From the IMG/VR virus record IMGVR_UViG_3300034894_000006, positions 1 through 55,967 of that record: a stretch of DNA of 55,967 bases, one strand, 5' to 3'. Positions 5,952-15,057 of the stretch are shown here, in pieces; within the stretch, counting starts at the first letter, position 1; the number at the start of each line of letters is the position of its first letter. The stretch is from a virus. Its lineage: Duplodnaviria; Caudoviricetes. A program made the position numbers and the translations under genes. The notes under the pieces were generated by a model. It made no database searches and was not told the DNA's origin. It was given only the letters and a program-made list of their open reading frames with translations.

Positions 5952-7313
5952 ATGTCACAAAGGAATCGTCCGAATGTAACAGAACCAAAACATACGCACG
6001 GTGGAGTAGTCGCGTACCCTCACTTAAAGCCTATACAGCAGCTTCGACGTTCTGTATTGGCGTGCTTGCTCTGGGAGGATCAGTTTTATGAAGATGGGGA
6101 ATCGATTGCTGCACGTATCTCCACTGTTGCGGATAACGTTTCCCCCGAAGAGCTTTCTAGTCTTGCTGTTGAAGCTAGATCTGTGCATCATCTTCGCCAT
6201 GTTCCTCTACTTCTGCTCAAAGCCTTAGCCAAACGTGGAGGTAGGATTGTTGGACAAACAATTTATGAAACCATCCAAAGAGCAGACGAGCTTACTGAAT
6301 TTCTTGCTGTATATTGGAGTCCCGACAAACAGAAGCTATCCGCGCAAGTCAAAATCGGCCTTGCACGGGCTTTTCGTAAGTTTAATGAATACGAACTTGC
6401 GAAGTACAATCGAGATAATGCGATTAAGCTTCGCGACGTATTATTCCTGTGCCACGCGAAACCAAAAAATGCGGCTCAGGAGGCTGTATGGAAAAGGCTT
6501 GTTGACGGCAAGCTCCAAGTGCCGGACACGTGGGAAGTTGCGCTCTCGGGCGGCGCAACCAAAGGGGAAACCTTCACAAGACTAATAAAGGAAGAGAAGC
6601 TTGGATATCTGGCACTTCTACGCAACCTACGAAACATGGCCGAGTCCGGAATGGACATGGGAATCGTCAAGGATGCAATCCTGGCGCGCAAAGGGGGCGC
6701 ACACAGAGTGCTTCCGTTCAGGTTCATCGCCGCTGCCCGTGCGTGCCCCCAGATGGAGCCATATCTTGACCAGGCCCTCGTCGGTTCTATTGAGGATTCC
6801 CAGAAGCTCCCCGGAACTACCATTGTTCTTGTGGATGTATCGGGAAGCATGCTCGCCCCGATTTCTACTAAATCGGATCTCACTAGGATGGACGCTGCGT
6901 GCGCTTTGGCCTCTTTGATTCACGGAGATCGTCGTGTGTTTTCGTTCTCGAACCACACGAAAGAAGTGGCACCGCGATACGGGATGGGGGGAGTGGATGC
7001 CATACGTAGCTCGCAGGGACATAGCAACACGCAGCTTGCGGAAGCTGTAGCCCATGCCAATAAGATTCCGCATGATCGACTCATAGTGATTACGGATGAA
7101 CAAGCTACACTCCGCCCCGCATACTATGGAGCGGCAACTATCCCTGATCCAATTGCCAAAAAAGCTTACATGATCAACGTGGCATCTTATCAAAACGGCG
7201 TTGGTTATGGTAAGTGGATCCACTTGGATGGCTTTTCGGAGTCTGTTATCAAGTGGATTCATGCTGTGGAGTCTCAATCTAACACTGAAAAGGAGGGTCC
7301 CGTTATCGATTAA
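5952..7313 (+). CDS. rsr: Ro60/TROVE-domain RNA-binding protein with C-terminal vWA domain
   Basis: LWEDQFYE, RADEL, F..Y.LAKY, TWE, ALLRNLRN; MIDAS DVSGS...ITDEQ; GFSE; AGGAG SD before ATG 5952. Confidence 0.95.
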   Translation: MSQRNRPNVTEPKHTHGGVVAYPHLKPIQQLRRSVLACLLWEDQFYEDGESIAARISTVADNVSPEELSSLAVEARSVHHLRHVPLLLLKALAKRGGRIVGQTIYETIQRADELTEFLAVYWSPDKQKLSAQVKIGLARAFRKFNEYELAKYNRDNAIKLRDVLFLCHAKPKNAAQEAVWKRLVDGKLQVPDTWEVALSGGATKGETFTRLIKEEKLGYLALLRNLRNMAESGMDMGIVKDAILARKGGAHRVLPFRFIAAARACPQMEPYLDQALVGSIEDSQKLPGTTIVLVDVSGSMLAPISTKSDLTRMDAACALASLIHGDRRVFSFSNHTKEVAPRYGMGGVDAIRSSQGHSNTQLAEAVAHANKIPHDRLIVITDEQATLRPAYYGAATIPDPIAKKAYMINVASYQNGVGYGKWIHLDGFSESVIKWIHAVESQSNTEKEGPVID

Positions 7314-7342
7314 GTGGACTGTTTAGTGTAGGCGAAACTCAG

Positions 7343-7378
7343 AGAGGGCGTCGTTTGGATTCGGCGCCCTCTTTTTTT
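7343..7378 (+). terminator. Rho-independent terminator after the Ro60 gene
   Basis: agagggcgtcg/cggcgccctct stem followed by a T run. Confidence 0.88.
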
Positions 7379-7393
7379 CACTTGGAGAATATC

Positions 7394-7582
7394 ATGGATG
7401 CTGAAGCAACAGTTGCTCCCCAAAAGCTCTTTGAATACTACGCTAAGAAGGCTCGTAGATTTCATATACGAGCGATTAAGTCAATAGGTCTTGAACGAGT
7501 GTGGTTTGGTACATTGGCTGCTATCTACCAAAAGCAAGCAGATCAATTTGAACAAGAGGCAGCAAAACTAATAGAATTATAA
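7394..7582 (+). CDS. Hypothetical protein
   Basis: GGAG SD before ATG 7394. Confidence 0.6.
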   Translation: MDAEATVAPQKLFEYYAKKARRFHIRAIKSIGLERVWFGTLAAIYQKQADQFEQEAAKLIEL

Positions 7583-7591
7583 AGAGGAACT

Positions 7592-8035
7592 ATGGAAGTT
7601 ACAAAGTTTTTTGTTGTTATGTTTGATCCGGAGGCTAGGCAATTTCACGATAAACAAGAAGCTATTGATTGGGCCAAGACTCAGATGAACAACGGTAATG
7701 GGTATCAAGAATTTTACGTGTTTGAATCTGTTCACGGCGAAGTTGCAGAGCAAGTCTATAAAGAACTTAAGTTTGTAGAGCGAGATCCTACTATTGGTGA
7801 ACTTAGGCAAGCTAACGTTGATATTCAAAGAGATCGCCGGGACGACGCTATGGCTGAGCGGGAAGCGCGTGAAGCACGGGAGGATCGCAATAGGCGAGCT
7901 ACGCCTGCTGCGGGACCTCGGGCAAGAGAGGGGCTTCGAGCTACTGAGGACTTTCGCGCACAGACTCCAACAACGGCTCCTACGGCGCTCCAGGATTGGG
8001 ACCTGAATGCAGTAATACCGCCGCCGCGTAGATAA
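7592..8035 (+). CDS. Hypothetical protein
   Basis: GAGG SD; Arg-rich low-complexity C-terminus. Confidence 0.75.
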   Translation: MEVTKFFVVMFDPEARQFHDKQEAIDWAKTQMNNGNGYQEFYVFESVHGEVAEQVYKELKFVERDPTIGELRQANVDIQRDRRDDAMAEREAREAREDRNRRATPAAGPRAREGLRATEDFRAQTPTTAPTALQDWDLNAVIPPPRR

Positions 8036-8045
8036 GGAAAACAAC

Positions 8046-8876
8046 ATGTACGGTGCAGATATTGAATTTTTTATTAAAAAAGATCCCACAGGCCGTGTGA
8101 TTCCGGCGTGCGGGTTGGTGGGTGGAGAAAAGAACAACCCCATCAAAATTGACGATACATATGCTATCCTTGAAGATGGAGCAGCCGTAGAGTTGAATTA
8201 CACTCCAACAGATACTCCTAAAGCTTTGATGGATAGAATATATGCTTCGGCAGATGTCATAAACAGCTTTACCAAATACACAACATCAAAAGCACAGGAA
8301 GTGCGTATTAAAGGCATTGAAAATCACAAACAAGCAATGGAGATCGGGTGCATGCCCGATTTCGATGCCTATGCGGATAACCCTCAAGATCCGCGCAAAA
8401 CCCCCGAAATCGATGAATTCAAAGGTTTTCGATTTAGTGGCGCTCATTTACATTTTAGCTATGAAACACACGAGCAAGTGCCTGCATTCGTTGCAGCACG
8501 GCTAGCAGATGTGTATATAACGCTACCAGTACTAAGTTTGGCCTATAGTCTAGGTGGCGATAAGTTAATGAGATGTATTTTGGGTCCTCGTAGAGCTAAG
8601 TTTTATGGACTACCCGGATTGTATAGACCCAAGCCCTATGGAATGGAGTATCGCACACTTAGCAACTTTATTGCGTTTGATAAACGTTTTTATCAAACAC
8701 TACGAACTGGGATGCACTCTACTACCTGGCTATTAGATTCTACTAGGTTAGACGAAGAGTTGCCTAAGTTGATGATTCACATGGATTGGGCTAAGGTTAG
8801 GGAAGCAATCACAACATTGGATATAAAGCTGATTAAGAGCTGTCTTGAACATAAGGCAACCTCAGCTCTACAATAA
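8046..8876 (+). CDS. phiEco32-like COOH-NH2 ligase type 2
   Basis: GADIEFF, EDGAAVELN, GC.PD, GAHLH and YRPKPYGMEYRTLSN motifs. Confidence 0.88.
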   Translation: MYGADIEFFIKKDPTGRVIPACGLVGGEKNNPIKIDDTYAILEDGAAVELNYTPTDTPKALMDRIYASADVINSFTKYTTSKAQEVRIKGIENHKQAMEIGCMPDFDAYADNPQDPRKTPEIDEFKGFRFSGAHLHFSYETHEQVPAFVAARLADVYITLPVLSLAYSLGGDKLMRCILGPRRAKFYGLPGLYRPKPYGMEYRTLSNFIAFDKRFYQTLRTGMHSTTWLLDSTRLDEELPKLMIHMDWAKVREAITTLDIKLIKSCLEHKATSALQ

Positions 8877-8885
8877 GGAGGCACC

Positions 8886-9509
8886 ATGCACATAGTGGAT
8901 AGTGCGCCTGAATTTGCTAGATATTTTACAGGAACGTGGATAGGTAGACCAACCGGTAAGCACGTTGTCCCTTGTTACGTTAATTATATCAACGAGACTA
9001 CGGGCTCTTGTGATATACGTGAATATAACGCTCAAGGTACTTATTTGGATGGACGAGTGTTGTTCCCTGAAATTATAGAAAATTATCAGCTATTTCCACC
9101 AATGGGCGGAAATGTTAATTTTGATCAGGGATATTTTCACGTAAGTACAACGCCGAAACGTCACAGCTCCAAAGGATTTAGTAGTCATCGATTAACTTAT
9201 AAGAGGTTTGGGGTTCCTCATGGGGATGTGATTTATCGTATAGGAGAGTGGATTTGGAGACTATATAATCCAACCTATGTCTCTATAGAACAAGCGTTAG
9301 GAGAACTTAGAACACAAGCAGTTCACGCTAGGGCTATATCTCATGATGTGGGATTGGAAAACGCAAATTCAGGGAAAATAATCGTAAGATTTCAAAACAC
9401 TATTATTGGGAGCGTAATAGAAACTAAGATTAATATTCTTAGTCAATATAGTTTAGTAGCCGAAATCTTTAATAATACTAAAGGCTATGAGTTATGTCTG
9501 ATAGACTAG
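8886..9509 (+). CDS. Hypothetical protein within the amidoligase cluster
   Basis: AAGGAGG SD; position in operon. Confidence 0.8.
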   Translation: MHIVDSAPEFARYFTGTWIGRPTGKHVVPCYVNYINETTGSCDIREYNAQGTYLDGRVLFPEIIENYQLFPPMGGNVNFDQGYFHVSTTPKRHSSKGFSSHRLTYKRFGVPHGDVIYRIGEWIWRLYNPTYVSIEQALGELRTQAVHARAISHDVGLENANSGKIIVRFQNTIIGSVIETKINILSQYSLVAEIFNNTKGYELCLID

Positions 9510-10300
9510 GAGTGGAGATAGAACTAGAAGGAGTAGGTGAAAACGATGCTAGGTTGAAGCCCTACAAATATTGGCAAGTTAAGGAGGATGGTTCGTTAAG
9601 GGATGGAGGTATTGAGTATGTGTTTAATATACCTCATCCATACACAACAGCAATTAAAGCACTAGATGAACTATATGAGAGGCTAGATAAAGTTAGATTT
9701 AATATCTCGTGTAGAACTGGAACGCACGTTCATGTAGATGCTAGGGATCTTAATGTAAAAGCGTTGAGAGTGTTGTGTTTCATCTATGCCGCGTTTGAAA
9801 GAGAGCTATTCAACTGGGTAGGTGACGGTCGGCATCAGAATATGTACTGCTTGCCTTGGTACGCAGCACAAGGAGATATTCCTAATATATGTACTGCTGT
9901 TATGGGGATATCTACTAAGAACTCGGATGTCATATCTCAAGCACGTTATTTGCATAGATATAGTGCCTTGAATTTACAAGCTTTGAATAAGTTTGGAAGT
10001 ATTGAGTTTAGGCACCTTTTATCCACTAAAAACAAGGCTAGGATTGTTGAGTGGATAAATTTGATCGTGGCGATGAGGGCTTTTGCTAGAGACAATCAAG
10101 ACCTAGATCTCAGTAAAACTATAGTAGATATCATAGCCCTGAATAATAAAAATGAACTAAAGGAGAAAGTGTTTGGAAACTACGCCAATTTACTGACTGT
10201 CAACGAAGAGCCCGATGCTAATGTATTCGCTGTTCTTCAGAATTTGGTAGCGTCTGCGCACCCACCAGCTTTTACGCTGGCAAAGCTAAAGTTAATATAA
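9494..10300 (+). CDS. Putative amidoligase (Amidoligase_2 family)
   Basis: GVEIELE, DGSL, GTHVHVD, RYSALN, IEFRH. Confidence 0.88.
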   Translation: MSDRLGVEIELEGVGENDARLKPYKYWQVKEDGSLRDGGIEYVFNIPHPYTTAIKALDELYERLDKVRFNISCRTGTHVHVDARDLNVKALRVLCFIYAAFERELFNWVGDGRHQNMYCLPWYAAQGDIPNICTAVMGISTKNSDVISQARYLHRYSALNLQALNKFGSIEFRHLLSTKNKARIVEWINLIVAMRAFARDNQDLDLSKTIVDIIALNNKNELKEKVFGNYANLLTVNEEPDANVFAVLQNLVASAHPPAFTLAKLKLI

Positions 10301-10315
10301 TAAGGAGAAGAAAGA

Positions 10316-11842
10316 GTGTGCGGTATTTTCGGACTAGCTGTAAGTAATAAATGTTCTCTTATCGAGTACCCAAAGCGAGCTTTCATAGATGAAGCTTTAA
10401 TCTGCGGTACAATTCGCGGGGACGATAGCACTGGAGTGTGTACAGTTGCGAAAGACGGAGAGGTTACAGTTCTAAAGAACACCTTGGCCGGTTTTGAGTT
10501 CGTACAACAACCAGCTTTTCGTAAGCTGATGACGTCTAGTGCTATGTATTCGTTGATTCTAGGTCACCACAGATATAAAACTACGGGAGAAATCTCCAAG
10601 AGAGATGCCCACCCGCATTCGTGGGATCACATAACGCTCGTCCACAATGGGACGATCTCTAATGCATATCATTTGCCAGGCTATCGTTATGCTAAGGATG
10701 ATTCCTATGTGGATTCATTCAGAGCTACTATGGCAATGGCTAATGAGGGAGCAAGTAAAACTCTACCTCGCCTAGAGGGAGGTTACTCATTAGTGTGGCA
10801 CGATGCTAATGAGAGCACTGTTAACTTTGCTCGCAACGATGATAAGCCTATGTATATGTGCTGGGGACCTGAAAAGGAGTCCCTATTCTGGGCGTCCGAA
10901 CCTGGTATGTTGCACTGGTTGATGGTTCGTAATAACATTTATCCCCCCAAGGATTGTCATATTACGTCGTTGCCAATTCACACACACATCAAGTTCAAAC
11001 TTGGTCCAGTGTTGGAAATGACATCGGAAATCTATGAAGTTAAAGGATTCTCAGGTCCTAACTATGGAAAACCCAACTACGATCACTTGACCAGATATGA
11101 TCGCCCTAATGGTCACCCTGGTTTGGAGAACGATGACTTGGGAAAAGCGCAAACGGGTGGCCCGAATGGTGGGACTGATAACGTAGGAGACCCTTCTGCT
11201 CCGAAGTCACTCATACCCACCTACCTGCCCGCTACTCGTAAACATTCGACAGAAGGACCGGGGGTGGAGGAACCGACCCAAGTGGAGAAGTTTCTTAGCG
11301 CCAAAAGGAGAAGCAAACTCAACAGAAGGCTCGCGGTTTTCCACAAAGGTCTTACAGCTAATGCAATTATTTGGGGTGTTCCTGATATTTGGCATGCTTA
11401 TAAAAATAATCATAGATCTCAAGGGGTAGGTCAATTTTTGTGGATTAAGGATCACACATTGCTGCATGTTCACAGTGTTACCGCAGATATGTGGGCGAAA
11501 GCTGTCGGTGGAAATTTGCTGGTTCCTATTTCCATCACAGGAATCACAGACAATAACCGAATCCTTACTGGTAGTATTGCTTTTGATCGGTTGAAGCAAG
11601 GTTGGACCATCGCTGACGGTATTCCGGATACTAACGACCAACTCAAATTTGTTCCATTTGGCCTTGGCGAATATATAAGCAAGGCGGAGTATATCGAGAG
11701 AACCAAGGGCGGTTGTACGTGGTGCGAAGAGCACATCTCTCTCGGAGATGCTCTTGACGTTTACTGGGAAGCTAATTTGCCGCTTTGTAAAATTTGTGGC
11801 GAAATTAATGCAAAAAAGGATGATATTCAACATGGTAACTAA
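10316..11842 (+). CDS. Class II (Ntn) glutamine amidotransferase with C-terminal Zn ribbon
   Basis: N-terminal MCGI, RG.DSTG, GHHRY.T.G, AHPH, HNGTI; CxxC...CxxC at the C-terminus. Confidence 0.9.
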   Translation: MCGIFGLAVSNKCSLIEYPKRAFIDEALICGTIRGDDSTGVCTVAKDGEVTVLKNTLAGFEFVQQPAFRKLMTSSAMYSLILGHHRYKTTGEISKRDAHPHSWDHITLVHNGTISNAYHLPGYRYAKDDSYVDSFRATMAMANEGASKTLPRLEGGYSLVWHDANESTVNFARNDDKPMYMCWGPEKESLFWASEPGMLHWLMVRNNIYPPKDCHITSLPIHTHIKFKLGPVLEMTSEIYEVKGFSGPNYGKPNYDHLTRYDRPNGHPGLENDDLGKAQTGGPNGGTDNVGDPSAPKSLIPTYLPATRKHSTEGPGVEEPTQVEKFLSAKRRSKLNRRLAVFHKGLTANAIIWGVPDIWHAYKNNHRSQGVGQFLWIKDHTLLHVHSVTADMWAKAVGGNLLVPISITGITDNNRILTGSIAFDRLKQGWTIADGIPDTNDQLKFVPFGLGEYISKAEYIERTKGGCTWCEEHISLGDALDVYWEANLPLCKICGEINAKKDDIQHGN

Positions 11843-12311
11843 GGCGAAGTACCCTCTTTTTGTGTATGGTTCGCTTAAGAAAGATCACGGCGCCCACAGA
11901 ATCATAGCGGGCGCTGATTTTATTTCAGAAGCGAAGGTCCAGGGAAGTTTGGTAGATCTTGGTTATTTTCCTGGACTTCTCTTGGACACCGAGAAATACG
12001 GTGTCTCAGGAGAATTATATTCTATCACAGAGAAGCACCTGAAGTCAACTGATATGCTTGAATCTGAAGGGTCTTTTTACTTTAGGACAGTGGTAGACGC
12101 TAAGCTTCCGGATGGACAGATAATAGATACGTATGTGTACTTCTTACCAACTTGGTATTGCAAGAGGTATCCGAAGATAGAAGGAGGTAATTGGCATGGG
12201 GGTGTATATTCTCCCGTACAAATGGTGCAGTCTGAGCGCAGTGGCGTTAAGCAGGGCGACAAAGATACGCAGAATCAGCTTATTGAAACAAACGTTCAAG
12301 GCGAAGCCTAA
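11832..12311 (+). CDS. Gamma-glutamylcyclotransferase (AIG2-like)
   Basis: FVYGSLK, GYFPG, GELY, D.LE. Confidence 0.88.
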   Translation: MVTKAKYPLFVYGSLKKDHGAHRIIAGADFISEAKVQGSLVDLGYFPGLLLDTEKYGVSGELYSITEKHLKSTDMLESEGSFYFRTVVDAKLPDGQIIDTYVYFLPTWYCKRYPKIEGGNWHGGVYSPVQMVQSERSGVKQGDKDTQNQLIETNVQGEA

Positions 12312-12957
12312 CGATATAATCATTAATTGGGGCAATTCGTCGGATTACGCGATTGAATTGAAGCCCAAAGAGTGGTTGAATAAACCTGAGGCTGTTGCTA
12401 ATGCTATCAACAAAATTAAGTTCTTGGAGATTGCGTCTAAAGCAGGAGTGTCTGTACCAAAATGGACAAAAGAGGTTGGGGAAGCGAAAAAGTGGTTGAA
12501 GAAATACAAGGTAGTTGCCCGTACTCTTGTGGAATCGAGCGCGGCGAAGGGGATTGTATTGGTAGATTCTGGTACGGAATTGCCTGGTGCAAAATTGTAC
12601 ACGCGATATGTGCCGAAGAAGGTAGAGTATCGTGTGCATGTATTCTTAGGAGTGGTCTTCGATGTCCAACAAAAGAAAAGCAGAGCTGAAGCCGACGATG
12701 TGGACTACCAGATTCGTTCGTATGATAATGGATGGATCTTCGCCAGAGACGGAGTGTCGTGCCCTAAAAGCGTTACAACTGCAGCTTTGGGAGCGATTAA
12801 GGCCATACACCTTGACTTTGGAGCTGTCGATGTGGGGTGGACAGAGAAAGACGATAAAGCAACAGTTTACGAAATAAACACCGCTCCGGGGCTGGAGGGT
12901 GAAACAATAACAAATTACGCACAAAAAATAAAAGAGGTATTTTATGCCCAAGGTTAG
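12196..12957 (+). CDS. ATP-grasp (RimK-like) ligase
   Basis: INWG, EYRVHV, DFGAVDV, YEINTAPG; GGAGG SD. Confidence 0.9.
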   Translation: MGVYILPYKWCSLSAVALSRATKIRRISLLKQTFKAKPNDIIINWGNSSDYAIELKPKEWLNKPEAVANAINKIKFLEIASKAGVSVPKWTKEVGEAKKWLKKYKVVARTLVESSAAKGIVLVDSGTELPGAKLYTRYVPKKVEYRVHVFLGVVFDVQQKKSRAEADDVDYQIRSYDNGWIFARDGVSCPKSVTTAALGAIKAIHLDFGAVDVGWTEKDDKATVYEINTAPGLEGETITNYAQKIKEVFYAQG

Positions 12958-13648
12958 TTTTACTAGAGTTCCGGATATAGGGTACGCATATAAGTTTGCG
13001 GTTGGCATTGATGGAAAGCCTATTGGGGTTATCGCTGTTAACTGGGTTACAGACTCCGCCCCTACAGGTGTTTGCGGTACCTACATTTACAGGGATTTCA
13101 AAATAACAACTTGGATTCAGGACGGCGCTGGACATAAGTTGGACACTATGAATACATTTCTTGGTGAAATTAAAAAGGCCGGAGCTTGGAATGCTGTTTC
13201 TAAATTTTTGATTAAATCAGTTGTAGATATTCTTACTAAGAGCAACTACAATGCTATGTTTGGTGGTAGGGTGAACATCATTAAGGATGAATGGGAAGCT
13301 TGTTTTGGAGTGTACTCTTGTGGTATAGCAAACTATGTCAAAGAAAACAACCTGGGAACTATTACAAGCTCTCACTTGTATGTTAATCCGGTGCACAAAA
13401 CACTTACAGATTTTGGAAACTTTGCAATTCACCAAACATTCATTTGGACTAAGCCTACTTGGTATGTTATTGAGGACAACAGCGTAGGTGTTCAGATAAA
13501 TGAATCGAACATCAACACGTTTAATGCAATGGTTGAAGAGCAGAAACGTTATGGAGTTCTAAATGATCCAAAAGCCCGTATAACACCAGCGTACAAGTAT
13601 GAAGTTACAAAGGAAGAACTACCTATTGACATTGCAGTGAATTCATGA
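12944..13648 (+). CDS. Hypothetical protein (putative paralog family with 17165 and 22202)
   Basis: GAGG SD; CG motif and ANY...NNLGTI.SS...NP...FIW. Confidence 0.75.
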   Translation: MPKVSFTRVPDIGYAYKFAVGIDGKPIGVIAVNWVTDSAPTGVCGTYIYRDFKITTWIQDGAGHKLDTMNTFLGEIKKAGAWNAVSKFLIKSVVDILTKSNYNAMFGGRVNIIKDEWEACFGVYSCGIANYVKENNLGTITSSHLYVNPVHKTLTDFGNFAIHQTFIWTKPTWYVIEDNSVGVQINESNINTFNAMVEEQKRYGVLNDPKARITPAYKYEVTKEELPIDIAVNS

Positions 13649-13654
13649 TATGCT
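13626..13654 (+). promoter_or_regulatory. Possible sigma70 promoter for the replication genes
   Basis: TTGACA-17 nt-TATGCT with an extended -10 TG. Confidence 0.55.
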
Positions 13655-13696
13655 AATGCCTACTACAGCGGCAAATACTACAAGCAAACAAATACT

Positions 13697-13909
13697 ATGA
13701 AATTAACAGAAGAACAAAGAAAGAAATTGTTAGGTAAAAGAGTATCTGTATTCAGTAATAAATTTACATATCACAACAGTATTATAGTAGATATAAATGA
13801 AGATACTGTTGAGGTAGAAGATTTTGAAATGAAAGGAGTGTATCATAATGCTTTGATAGATTTATCTACGATAAGTTCTATAAGCATGGAAACAAAAAAA
13901 GTAAAATGA
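13697..13909 (+). CDS. Small beta-rich hypothetical protein
   Basis: ORF coupled by ATGA to the next ORF. Confidence 0.55.
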   Translation: MKLTEEQRKKLLGKRVSVFSNKFTYHNSIIVDINEDTVEVEDFEMKGVYHNALIDLSTISSISMETKKVK

Positions 13910-14076
13910 GTGGACCAAAGGTAAACCCCTTCGGATCGCTTACCGAAGGGGATGAAGATGAAGCGAATATGGAGGTAGATTTTCAGGAAGAAGAGAAATT
14001 TGAACCTCTTGATTTTACAGAACCAGTGTATGATCCTTTTGAAGAGGATTGGGAGAATCACGTAGAAGAGGATTAA
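13906..14076 (+). CDS. Highly acidic 56-aa protein (not in the ORF track)
   Basis: GGA upstream and ATGA overlap; MSGPKVNPFGSLTEGDEDEA...WENHVEED. Confidence 0.6.
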   Translation: MSGPKVNPFGSLTEGDEDEANMEVDFQEEEKFEPLDFTEPVYDPFEEDWENHVEED

Positions 14077-14078
14077 AA

Positions 14079-14303
14079 ATGAAAGCGTATACAATCACGT
14101 ATTTGGATGGGCACAAGGAGGTTGTGGAAACTCCCGACAACCATCACGCAGGCTACAGCTCGCAATATGCGAACCAAGTTCGTCTATATGACAACAGTGG
14201 GAAGCTGATAAAGAAATTCTGTGATGTAAAGCGTTATCGCATGGATCAGGTAGATGAACAAAAAAGAACTACTAGCACCGTGGCTACATCTAACACCAGG
14301 TGA
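14079..14303 (+). CDS. Hypothetical protein
   Basis: GAGGA SD before ATG 14079. Confidence 0.65.
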   Translation: MKAYTITYLDGHKEVVETPDNHHAGYSSQYANQVRLYDNSGKLIKKFCDVKRYRMDQVDEQKRTTSTVATSNTR

Positions 14304-15057
14304 TCAAGTTGCAGGGGACGTGTGCCCCTTCTGTAATGGAGGGGACTCTAAGGAAGGATCGTTTTCGGTATTTAGGACGAATGATGGAAAATTGGTGTAT
14401 AAGTGTCACCGCGCGACGTGTAATAGAGGTGGAGCTATATCTTCTGACGGCTCTTCTCTGCTTCATGTAACGGGGAAGACAAAGGTTCACAAGGAATTTA
14501 CGGATTCCACAGAGCCGTTACATGCGAACCATATTAAGTATTTCTTGTCTAAGTACGGCTTCGAAGAAAAAGAAATAACAGACGCCGGGTTCCTGTGGGT
14601 GCCTGAGCGTAAGGCCGTGTATCACCCCGTAAGAGGGCCTGACGGGGTGTTTAGGGGGCAGGTAGTACGTAGATACCAGGACAAGCAGATCTGGACCTAT
14701 AAAGCCTTTAGCGACGACAGAAGGCCATTAATAGCCTGGTATCCCGGCCCGCAAGGATTCGAGCAGAACCATGTGGTGATAGTTGAGGATATTCTCAGTG
14801 CCCTAAAGTTTTCGAGGTTTCATAATGCTGTGGCTTTATTGGGTACCTCTTTCTCGGATGGTGCCGTACTGGAAATAATGCAATGGTCAGGTAGGCAATA
14901 CCTGGCTTTGGATAACAATGCAACTGCAAAAGCCGTAGCCGCGGCGCTACGATGGAGTCAACTATTAGATATACGAGTAATTGAGTGCAAGCTAGATCCC
15001 AAGTATTGGGAAAATGAGCAACTTAAAGAACTATCGGAGAAGGCAACGCCTTTTTGA
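14254..15057 (+). CDS. DNA primase (Zn finger + TOPRIM)
   Basis: CPFC...CHRATC; IVEDILSA; ALLGT; LALD; DPK. Confidence 0.88.
   Translation: MNKKELLAPWLHLTPGDQVAGDVCPFCNGGDSKEGSFSVFRTNDGKLVYKCHRATCNRGGAISSDGSSLLHVTGKTKVHKEFTDSTEPLHANHIKYFLSKYGFEEKEITDAGFLWVPERKAVYHPVRGPDGVFRGQVVRRYQDKQIWTYKAFSDDRRPLIAWYPGPQGFEQNHVVIVEDILSALKFSRFHNAVALLGTSFSDGAVLEIMQWSGRQYLALDNNATAKAVAAALRWSQLLDIRVIECKLDPKYWENEQLKELSEKATPF

Noticed and set aside
5774-6091. 105-aa ORF, and the 5928 start for Ro60
   Set aside because: The ORF overlaps Y5/Y6 and Ro60 in another frame; ATG 5952 has the better SD (AGGAG).
6476-7277. Long antisense ORFs opposite Ro60, and similar shadow ORFs such as 11207-11833, 46399-47091 and 32867-33445
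   Set aside because: They lie opposite well-supported genes, lack motifs and break the two-arm strand organisation.
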